From the NCBI GenBank assembly GCA_040954595.2, contig CM082590.2, positions 3,286,001 through 3,350,000 of the forward strand: DNA of 64,000 nucleotides. The letters are read 5' to 3'. Shown in pieces: positions 53,001-64,000 of the stretch. A program made the position numbers and the translations under genes. The notes under the pieces are model-generated. The model ran no database searches. It saw nothing but the letters and a program-made list of their open reading frames with translations, and was not told where the DNA came from. Numbering within the stretch: position 1 is the stretch's first letter; every line of letters starts with the position of its first letter. The DNA comes from Balanoglossus misakiensis. Lineage: Eukaryota > Animalia > Hemichordata.

Positions 53001-54683
53001 TATCCAAGTAGATCAAGGATCATTGCCAACATTATCAAAATATGTAGGTTATGTCCAGGCAGCAATAAAACTCATGTGAACACAATTATGACTGTTGTGT
53101 TTTTTAACAAGAGACATATCCAAGTAGATCAAGGGTCATTGCCAAAATTATCAAAATATTTTGGTTATGTCCTGGCAGCAATAAAACTCATGTGAACAAA
53201 ATCATGACTGTTGTGCTTTTTAACAAGAGACATATCCAAGTAGATCAAGGGTCATCGCCAAAATTATCAAAATATTTGGGTTATGTCCTGGCAGCAATAA
53301 AACTCATGTGAACACAATTATGACTGTTGTGCTTTTTAACAAGACTAGAGACATATCCAAGTAGAACAAGGGTCATTGCCAAAATTATCAAAATATTTGG
53401 GTTATGTCCTGGCAGCAATAAAACTCATGTGAACACAATCATGACTGTTGTGCTTTTTAACAAGAGGCATATCCAAGTAGATCAAGGATCATTGCCAACA
53501 TTATCAAAATATGTAGGTTATGTCCAGGCAGCAATAAAACTCATGTGAACACAATTATGACTGTTGTGTTTTTTAACAAGAGACATATCCAAGTAGATCA
53601 AGGGTCATTGCCAAAATTATCAAAATATTTTGGTTATGTCCTGGCAGCAATAAAACTCATGTGAACAAAATCATGACTGTTGTGCTTTTTAACAAGAGAC
53701 ATATCCAAGTAGATCAAGGGTCATCGCCAAAATTATCAAAATATTTGGGTTATGTCCTGGCAGCAATAAAACTCATGTGAACACAATTATGACTGTTGTG
53801 CTTTTTAACAAGACTAGAGACATATCCAAGTAGAACAAGGGTCATTGCCAAAATTATCAAAATATTTGGGTTATGTCCTGGCAGCAATAAAACTCATGTG
53901 AACACAATCATGACTGTTGTGCTTTTTAACAAGAGACATATCCAAGTACAATTCAGTTCTAACAAATCTGAATCAAAGGACATGTGAAATTTGCCAAAAA
54001 ATGTAACGTATTCTATACATATGGTGACTCGTATCAATAAAATGAATGTGTGCTTTAAATGAGTAGGCTAGAAATAGGAAATCTTTGTCTTTAATTAGAG
54101 TTCAGTTTGGCTCCAATAAGGTTTAACTAATCACAATACACTTGAAAACTTGATTAGAAAAAGATTTTGGAAATGTTAAATGAGATTTTTCAACAATCCA
54201 TAATGAATCCAAAGTCACATGACCACTAACAATATTATTGAAAAAAATTGGAAGGGACAGTAAATTAGAACTTGATTGGCCATGTAGTTTTGAAAAAATG
54301 TCAACTTTAAGAGGTTATCAGAAAATCCAATATGGCCAACATGAAGAAGACAATTAAAGGAACATGCAACATTACAGGGGCCAAAGCAGTTAGCATGGTT
54401 CCAACAGAAAGCAAACTCTGTATCTGTTGTGGATGGCTAGAAATGGTAAGCCAGAGGTCACTATGTCTATGTATAATTAACTTCTTAAAACATAGCGTAT
54501 AGGAAACTGTTGTGCCATTTGGGGATTACACAGATTTTAGGTATTCACCAGAATTAAATCGCGGGCGACATTGGCAAGCATATATGGCAAAAATATTCAA
54601 ATACTATGGAAACATAAAAAAATTCACCATGCTCAATCAAGTGTTATGTGTCACTGCAATCTTACAAGCAGCACTAAAAAAAC

Positions 54684-54957
54684 AGATTTTTGTCCAAAAA
54701 CTGTCTGTAAAATACATGCGAGTATGACAAGCTAATTAGTCCAATCAGACAGAGGCATTCACTGACCTACCACCAGTTTATAATAAAATAACCGGTGGTC
54801 TCTGTAACAGCTGGACCACAACTGATTTTTGTCCAAAAACTGTCTGTAAAATATATGCGAGTATGACAAGCTAATTAGTCCAATCAGACAGAGGCATTCA
54901 CTGACCTACCACCAGTTTATAATAAAATAGCCGGTGGTCTCTGTAACAGCTGGACCG
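54684..54957 (+). repeat. 139 bp tandem duplication
   Basis: TGTCCAAAAACTGTCTGTAAAATA at 54691 and 54830, both ending CAGCTGGACC. Confidence 0.92.
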
Positions 54958-55841
54958 GTAAAATTATATAAGGCTGTTTATTTTACTGATAAAAAATTTT
55001 ATAGGTCTTTGTAGGTTATAATAAAGAAAATTATCAAAATCGGTTCACCAGTTTTCAAGGTACAAAAGCATCAAAAAATACTGATATTCTCAAGTATCTT
55101 CAACATTTTTCAAAAAATTATGCACGATTCACAGAAGAATACTTCTTTCAGTTTTACAGGAGATCATCTAAACTTGTAAAGAAAATCTCTCTATTTTTTG
55201 CATGGCACCATGGGAAATATGAAATTTTGCAATGTTTGATGTTCCGTGTCTCAATCATAGTTGATCTAATTGTAACGAAATTTTCAGAATATATTACAAT
55301 ATATGTGCAGATACAGATAGTGACTTCAGTTTTTGATATCTGGATTACAATTTAAATTCCCAGGTGCTCAAAAAAGGAAAAACCTAGCATTTTACCATTG
55401 CAAATGGGCGGCCATATTGGATTGATATTTCATTAGATGGCAATATCTGTTTATACACTGCAATTTGCTGAAAATCAGTTCAATCACTGTAGTGAGTGGA
55501 AATATTTAAATTCTTGTGTATTTTGAGCAATAATACTACTACCAAAAATATTTTATACAGTTACTTCTGGACAGCAAAAATTGCCATCATTCAAGTCAAA
55601 CTCTCAGATCGGCCCTTTTGCTTGCCTGTGTTGGGCAGATATCAAAAGTGGAGAAAGTTGGATAGTGTAATGTCTACATGTATTTGTACTATCCTTGTAG
55701 TCTATTAACATTTACACGATTTTCATATTAATTTTGGTATGATATGCATGGAAAGACTGGCTGGCTATAAATCATAAAACTGAACGTCCTTGCACCATAC
55801 AGTTTTTACTGCATACACATGTAGTTTAAGCAAACTGTGTA

Positions 55842-56142
55842 TTTCATGTATTCCACTTTTCTGCCTTCCTTGCTGGCTTTCTCCATTTATTTTCTTACTG
55901 TTTCTTTGTAACATTACTGATTTTTTTTTCTGGTAATTCAATTTCTGGCTGAAATAAATGTACTAGAGCTGGTAAGGTTTCCTGAACATTAATCCCTGTA
56001 TCTTGAAGGCAGGTGTGCAAGTTCATATAAAGTTCATTGGTTAAAGGAATATTATGAGCTGATAAATCTTCTAAGCTCTTCTTTCTGGCTAGAAGGTCTG
56101 CTATATTATCGAATACTCTTTATGCTACTTCCATAATGTTGC
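55842..56142 (-). pseudogene. Possible decayed coding exon, probably of transposon origin
   Basis: Acceptor-like TTTGCACAG at 56143, then NIMEVA* and 74 open codons (55898-56119: RVFDNIADLLARKKSLEDLSAHNIPLTNELYMNLHTCLQDTGINVQETLPALVHLFQPEIELPEKK...). Contains stops, and no family was recognised. Confidence 0.3.
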
Positions 56143-56729
56143 CTGTGCAAATTAACAATCAAAGTACCCACTTGCTAGACAATTGTAAGACAAACATTTT
56201 TGTTGGGTAATTACAGAATAATTATTTTAATTCCATGCATACTCTACCTAAACACAAATTAGAATATATAACTGAAATTATAATTATACACAGGTCTATG
56301 AAATGCAAAGAAAATGTATTTCTAGGAAAGAACACCCATGGGCATTCAGCTCTAAGCAGATAACATCAGTCACTTTGAAGACATGTCACTTCCCAGACTT
56401 GACTAAACAAACTTCCAACCCTGAAGTGAAACGCATCTCCGAGTTGCATACACAATATGATCATATAATGTTAGATATTTATCATGGTTTAAGTGAAAAC
56501 AAATTAGGAGATGTAAACACCCCTGCCATTTATTCAGTGCCATATAATGCTGCCATTATGCACATATTGACTCTAGCCACTTTCCCAGTGGGAGGAAAAA
56601 GACTTTAATGGACACCAAGCGGGAAGAAACGAAAGTTACTAAGTTTTTGGCATTTCATTTTTATTTGTGAGATCGAGAAATTAAAATATGACAAGTTTAG
56701 AAAATAATCAGATTACACAGTATGTCCCA

Positions 56730-57622
56730 GTTCGTATGGCGGCCATATTGGATTCTGAACTCTCTAGTGATATAAACATATAGTGTACTTGGCGAGTCTC
56801 AGTATAGGGAAATCAACACAATCAGACAAAACTTGGGTTACCCATTGCAATAATACTATCAAATTTCAAAGCAATCCCATATGCAGTTTCAGAAAAATCA
56901 GTATTTTCACCAAAATTGTACAATATCTTACGTCAATCGCTTCAGGGAACATGCCTACCAAAGCTCAAGGCAATCTGACAATCAGTTTGAAAGAAAATAA
57001 TTTTTAATGAAAAATTCCAAAACTATCACACACAAAACGCAAATATGCATATTTCAAGTATTTTTCTAAAACATCTCACTTAATTATTCCCAAGGAACAA
57101 CCCTGCAAAATTTGAAAGCAATCTGACAAGCAGTTTTAGATAAAACAATTTTTGACCAAAAAAGACAAAAAATTCTACAAAATTATAAATATGCACATTT
57201 TTCATCAACCAGGTTTTCATCAAATGGGACCATATATCCAAATGTATGCTTCAAAGCAACACGACTCTCAGAGAAAAAAATGCTTGTCACCCTGGTCAAA
57301 AATTTGGTTTTACTAAAACATCAAATCGGTTATCTCTCAAAGCTAAAAGGGTTATCACCAAACAGATTACAATTTTCTTTACTTGTGGTGGTTTTGGTTT
57401 TATCGGTTTGCCCAATAAAAATTAGGATAATTGTTTAAGTATGCCAACAGTGAGGTGGAAATCACACCAGAAAAGCGAAAATACGCCAACAACATGTAAA
57501 CAGTAAAATGTTACGAAAAAACAAACAGAAAAGCGAAAATACACCAACCACGTTTAAACCGTAAAATTAAAAAAAAATGCAAACACTGGCTCTACGTGCG
57601 CTTAGGCAAGAGGCCTAGCAAT
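56730..57622 (+). mobile_element. Decayed HINE-like repeat
   Basis: Degenerate units CAAATTTCAAAGCAATC...TTTTGACCAAAA resemble HINE core monomers. Ends in the hairpin GCTTAGGC-AAGA-GGCCTAGC followed by AATAA. Confidence 0.5.
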
Positions 57623-59449
57623 AAAATTCTCACAGAGTATAACCCTATAAATATGTCTAGACTTTCTCGATTATGACCTCAGGGTCAGCAGCGAAGCCAT
57701 ACACAGAATGGCCGAGAGGCATGGCTAGCTGCACGCCCGTAGCTCGGATTTTTTTCTGGAATAAGACCTACTTCTGTTCAACTACAAGGTGTTGAACGGA
57801 TAGCTGCAAATCACCTAATACCAGACTAAACAATCGAGCGACGGTAACGTAGCTACATAGGCTATGGTACTAAAAGCAATGACTGGATTATGAGCCTACC
57901 GAAAAGACGTCTTGATCCCGCGGCAGTAAGAAGGAAAGTGGTCGAAACCCGGCGTCGCACACCGGAAACGGGTCAATGATCACCTGTTGTTATGGAGAGT
58001 GGGACTTGTTACCCAATCACAGACCATAGTTAGCATTACGACACACTAATGAATATGCATACATGCTATAGCTGCATATTTTATTATTTTAGAACGCACT
58101 GGAACATGCTCGCATTCGAAGGAATATTCCATTTGTATATGCAAATAGCAAACCTATGTTCTCGAGTGTGAGTGCACCATTGTCTCAGGGGGGTGGCTCA
58201 CGTCCCAAAGAACAGGGGTAATTTTCTACCACAGCCGCGCATTTCAAACCGAGCAAGCAAACTGCTAACTTCCGTTGTCTGGGCAACATTTTGATGTGCG
58301 TTAAGTTTTGCACCTATTCGACTTTGAGGAAACAGACCTATAATACTTCCTAATGTGGTTCTCTTTCTGGGTCATTTTGTTGGTCCAACCACGATCCACG
58401 AGATCGTAAACTGCTTGGATTAGGGCGCGTTAGGAAGCTGCAGCTGCGGCCGCAGGTCAAGTCGGTGTGTGTTGTATTTAACAAACATGGTGAATGTGTT
58501 CGGCACAGCAACATGCTCGCTCTACCCACAGCCACTGTACCGTACTGTCGATCGTTTCCATGTCTGTTTCACGCTCGCTCTTTATAATGCCCTTATCACG
58601 CCTCCCGTATTGTGTTCATGATATGACAGTCCCACTAATCTGACAACACGCTCGCTTTTATTATGTCAATTTGTCCCGTTCGCTAGCACTGCGTTCAGGC
58701 CTGCATTCACCATTAACAGACTATCCCATTCGCCAACTTTACTGAACTACAAAGTGAAGAACCAGTTTGCGTCTTGGCCGAAACAACCGGGGTCATGGAA
58801 ATTAAAGGCCGAACCGAGAAGATTAAGTGCCATTCCCGAAGTAACGACCAACCAATGTTTACAGAGAAATCAGATGACATCAAATAGCGGAGTTCTTATC
58901 CTGTCGGGATGCGTTTACCTCGGAATCGGCGAAGTTTTTTTGTCGTCGAGTTTGATTTCATGGACGATGCAGTCTAGTTATTTGATGATCCATAATTGAT
59001 ATTTTTTTGGGGGGGGGGGGTCCTGGTGTCGATAATTCGAGGCAGGAGAAGAAATGTGCCGCCAGCGCAAATTGCCGTTTTTCTCGCTCTGTTTAGTCGA
59101 TTTTGACAACTTCAAAAGTATTAAACTTCACTCTGCGTTGGTCGAGAGGTCTTAAATTTTACCCATCCAACAAAACAAACGTTTGTAGTCAATAAAGTGT
59201 TCTTGGCGGGAATTAAAATTGATTCAATGCAATTCAAGTTTGAATTTGATCAAATTTTCTAAATATAGATAAATCGACAGGCCAACACTGTCCATGCACC
59301 AAAAAGAACAGCTGGTCGCGGAGATGAATTTTGTTTTTGTATATAACAAAATACCCTACAAAATATAAAAGTTCCGAATTACCTATAATTTGATTCCATT
59401 ATAATTCCAATACTATTAACTCAATTTTAGAGTAATACACTGGGAACTA

Positions 59450-60970
59450 TTATTTTTCAAAATTGGAAAATATGCCCCCAAAATACAAGATATTGCCAAC
59501 AAAAAGCATTGACACTTTCATCATTGGTTTTGTAAATTATCATGACAACGCACCCAGGAACCTTTAAATCAAATTTGAAAGCAATGGAGTAGAGGGTTCT
59601 GAGAAAGAGTTTTGACCAAAAATGGCAAAAATCACCCCAAAAATATAATATTAAATTCTTCTAGTTGATTTGACAAACATACATGCAAATTTCCAAAGCA
59701 ATCTATGAGCTGTTTTACATTTAAAAAATGATCAAAAAGGTAAAAATTGCTCGCAAATTTTGCAGCAATTTAAACAAAACTTTAGTAACTCAGATCACCT
59801 ATATGAAGCTCCATACTAAATTTCAAAGAGGTGGGCTGATTAATTCCAGAAAGGTAGTTTTTTTACAAAAATGTAGAAAAAGACAAACAAATGCGAAAAA
59901 TAGAAAATTCAAAGTATTACCTCAAAACATACAGAATCATTATGACCAGGGGTTGCTGAGTTTCTGAGTTTTGACCAAATTAAGGTTTTTCCCAGAAAAT
60001 TTGCATATTTTTGGCAATGTCAACTTCGTTTGAACAAACTCCCATCTACAACCCGGTATGCATCTACACACCAAATATCGAGGTTGTACGCGTAGCAGTC
60101 TTCAAGTTTTTGATGTGGATGGACATACTCCCATACATCCATACAGATGCAACGTACCGATCTCATAAGGTCCCACTGGAATATACCAATACAAATGTGA
60201 CATAAACACTTGACTTGCGGGCGCTGTTACTCCTCAATGAAAGCAGATAACGCGACACAAACTGGTCATTTTTTTCAAACTTGTGCTATAAGTAATATGT
60301 GTGACCAACTCTATGACTTAATTTTTTGTTAATGACCTAATACCAAACAAATAGATATGATCTAATTTAAAAAAACTGTCCCAAAACTGCCAAACACAAA
60401 AATGCAAACATCACCAAAATTATACAATATCTTACTTCGATGAGAACATGCTTACCAAAGTTCAAAGCAATCTGACAAGTGGTTTCAACGAGAAAATCAC
60501 AAGTTACCTCAAGAACACAAATAAGCAAATTTCAACAAAATTTTCAAACAACTTACAATTGCTTAACCCTGAGAACATGCCTACCAATTCCCAAAGCAAT
60601 CTGACAAGCACGAGGTTTCAGAGAAAACGATTTTTGACCAAAAATTGCAAAATTTGGCTCATAATTACAAATGTGCAAACTTTGCAACAATTACACCTAT
60701 AGGAAGATTTATACTAAATGTTAAAGAAATCAGCCAATTACTTTCATAGAAAATATTTTACCATTGTGTTAAAAGACAAAACATTCATAAAAAGTAGACA
60801 ATTCACGATGTTAGCTTAGAACTTATATAGCTCTATGATCTTGGCATAAGAAACATGCATACCACTTTTCAAAGCAATCTGACCAGTAGTTCCCAGCTAA
60901 CAACTGAGAACAGAATAGCCAAAATCATCACCAGCGCCTAACACTACATTTGATTTTAATCAGATGAAAA
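59450..60970 (+). mobile_element. Two decayed HINE-like repeats (about 59450-60205 and 60370-60970)
   Basis: Repeated AAAGCAATCTGAC...TTTTGACCAAAAAT units, and a degenerate GGAT/CATA microsatellite at 60115-60150 near a putative 3' end. Confidence 0.5.
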
Positions 60971-63900
60971 AGGGAAGTAAGCAGACCATTTGTTGGAGCG
61001 GCTGATCCTCACCTGAAATCAAAGAGACAGACAAAAGCACTCATTTTATCAGAATATTTATTTTATGTATGCAAAAATCCTAACATGATATCTCTGTCTA
61101 CCTGTTTATCCTGATAGGAAAATTGTTAGAATAAAAATATCAAAGATATTTCTTCCTAACGCTGCATACACTATGTACATACTCTAGCAGTCTTGAAAGT
61201 ACACTGAAATGTTTGTCAAAAGCTCTTCTTAAAAACTGCATAACATACCAAACTTTCAGTACAATATAAGCAATATCCGGAAAAAAATTAAACCAACTTA
61301 GCATCTTATGCAAAATGAAAGAAATTGAGGAATCGTGTCCCCCCTTCCCTTCAGCACTATACATGATTCTACAGCCTCAGGGTGTCATTCTTCACACAAA
61401 CATAAAATGAATGGCTGAAATTCTAGAAATGTAGAAACAATGACATGTGAATATTGTTATTAAAAATGTGATTTTAATCGTTTGGCAACTATGGTCACTT
61501 CCTAATAATTGACTATATTTCTTAACATGCATCTAATAGTTTGATTCTACCATGCTTGTCACGGATTTTGCCGATCACCAAACACAAAACACAACAAAAT
61601 GGTTTAACAGTTTCACAAGCCATATGCCTAAAACAGGGACATCATCAGTTCATATGTATGGCCAGTCTGGCTACAGAGGTGAACTGACTATGTATATGCA
61701 TGGGATTCTTTTATATCCCTTTGGTCACGTGACCAGTTTATATATTTTCTGCTATTTCCCCAAGGGATTCATAGTCGATTCTATTTTCTTATCACCTGAC
61801 GGATTCTGGCGAATCATGACACAGTGTTAGCATGAGGTATGTTATAAATACAGATATTACATACATACCGGTATTCAAATGAACTAATGGTTCGGTCCAA
61901 ATCCATTGTTTCTGTTGGAAAAGTTGGATGTCTACACAGGGAACTGGGGGTGAATGGTGAGAGTGCTAAGAAAAAAGACTGATGGTAATTTTCCATTTTT
62001 ATCTAACCTGTATACATGTGTGTGCTTAATCTTTCCCAATAATGCTGACACACAACAAGTTAATTGTTTTACAAAACTCTCCTTGAGAGTCAAATGAAGG
62101 CACCTGATATAAGCCCAAAGACTTCATTCTTTTCCACACACCACTTTTCTCTTTTCAAAGAGCTCCATTTCAAATTGTGTACACAAACAATGTCATTGTC
62201 ACTGCCCAAGCCCAAACTTTCAAATTACAATGTGACATTTCAAAACACTGTTAGACTTCCCAATGAAACATTAACTCTGGATCGGTATCCATTCAAATTA
62301 GTGACAGCCCCGGGGTTAGATTGTTGTTAATTTTGTTATAATGGTGATATTTAATTGTTTGGCTTTAACAAAAATTATGACATGGACGTATAAACGTGTT
62401 ATGTCCACACATATGCTGTGAGTTCAGCTTCAATCCAATTTCATAACAAATTATTCAACAACAAAAATAGAAAATGAACATCAAGAGCTAGTGACTTCGT
62501 GGCTTTCACATGATAAATATACATTGCCCCATGCTAGAGTGTAATATTAACATGTCTCATACAACCTACAATTCTCTGTATATAACCAAACACATTCATT
62601 ATAGCTGCATTAGTTGGGTCACATAATCTGGAACCAGATAGGCTGACCTGAGCAATCCATGTTTTTGCAAGTGTTGTATTGTCACTGTTATAGTGTGACT
62701 TCTTTGGTGTAATGCTCCAATGAACATGTGAGTTTCAATTGGATAGATAAATGACCAATAACACAAAGTCTGTGATTGGGTAATACAAATGATTGGTATA
62801 CAACTGGAAGTTCTGACACTGAAAAAGCTGTCTATTGCTCTCTTCCCTGAGGGAGCGATAGAGAGTAACTTTAGAGATACATTCTCCAATGATCAGGAGT
62901 TAATAAGGTATTAGTCTAGTATATAGCTGTATTTTATCTGCTTTGCTTTAAAAAAACTATGCATGCCACTGGCCCAATAAAGCATGATACCCCTTGCAGG
63001 GAATCGTGATGTAATTAGCATCCCTTTGAAGTCAATCACGGACTTTGTTTTTCCAATGATTGGTCAAAGGATACATATGTGTGATTAAGGATTGGTACCA
63101 TTTTAAATTTAAATTAGCCTTGCCTTTACTATAACCTTACACACAATCGCCATTGTTCAGTTTATGTCAGTGACTTTAAGGGGGATGGTAGTTACATCAC
63201 AATTCCCAGCAAGAGCTATCAGGCTTTATTGGGCCAGTGGCATGCATCACTCTTGATGTTAGTTTTGGAAGTGGAAAAAATATGGCTATATAGTGTAAAA
63301 CATGAAATTTTCGCAACGGGAAATTTTCATAATATCAAATGTGGCAACTGTTATGCAACGATTAATTTTCGCATTCTCGAATTTCAATTCATCATTATTT
63401 CTGAAAAACATGTTTACGCGACTGTTTAGTTTCGTGTTTTTTTAGCACTTGCATTATTCGGGCGAATTTATCTCTCATGAAAATTTCCCATTTTACATAC
63501 ATCCTAAGTATCATTTTTTCACACCAGAAGACAATGCACAGTTGCTTTGTGTATGGCATACTTTGTATTACAATAGACACTGACAACTAGTTACATCCTC
63601 CCAGCATACAAATATGGTTATATTGAAATAAGGCATTATGATGGAAACAATGTAAAGCTAATGCAAGAATTAGTACAGACCGAGTATATTATGTTACTAC
63701 ACTGGAATAACAATTTCGTGTTATTTGATCTGTTTAAATTTTTTTTTTTAAATCAAGGAACACTGAAGAATGAGTGGAGGTGATAGCTTTGGAATGGATA
63801 TGTCTGTATACAGTAAATGAGAGTGATAAATATTCCAAATCCCCAATACTTGACTGTCTGGAAAAAACCTTGAGAATTTTCTGACATTTCTTTGGGCATC

Positions 63901-64000
63901 TGGGTTTCATTTAGTATATAGAAGTTACAACGGTAATGAAGGCATGAACAGTCTCCTGTTCATTATAGTCAGTTTCCTGTAAGAATTTATTGATTCGGAA

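Larger units (their letters stand above)
34720..54460 (+). repeat. Macrosatellite: about 895 bp base unit plus n x 116 bp, 12 clear cores and a decayed left edge
   Basis: CCAATATGGC cores near 36079, 36975, 39531, 40558, 41461, 45244, 46278, 47925, 48829, 50644, 52109 and 54327. TTAGGTG spacing is about 893-901 bp in units with a single sub-repeat. Confidence 0.95.

Noticed and set aside
35254-53987. Repeated ORFs in the macrosatellite (KIIKIFGLCPGS..., LLSVGTMLTAL...)
   Set aside because: The 116 bp period is not a multiple of 3, and frames are not conserved between units.
61814-62889. Minus-strand ORFs and splice-like sites suggesting a gene
   Set aside because: No recognisable domain and no consistent exon chain. 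Cannot be supported without transcript data.

Overview
AT-rich, non-genic animal DNA. The repeat content suggests a marine invertebrate, but the taxon cannot be verified from the sequence. About 75% of the window is two tandem arrays. (1) 5084-32356: about 145 monomers of a 191-196 bp satellite with several monomer classes and higher-order repeats (a 33-mer of 6175 bp, plus 4080, 1680 and 387 bp duplications). (2) about 34720-54460: a macrosatellite with a ~895 bp unit (12 clear cores). Each unit carries a 116 bp sub-repeat amplified 1-26 times, and one unit is interrupted by a Helentron-type HINE that has its own 146 bp array. The first 5 kb hold the end and first coding exon of a Kolobok-type transposon, its TTAA MITE derivative, a tRNA-derived SINE, and an insertion ending in a 145 bp palindrome. 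These lie in a locally triplicated block that also keeps an unamplified fragment of the satellite monomer. The last 9.5 kb are decayed repeats and unassigned sequence. No intact host gene, RNA gene or CRISPR array is supported, and almost all listed ORFs are translations of repeats. Family assignments come from structure and recalled motifs, not from database searches.
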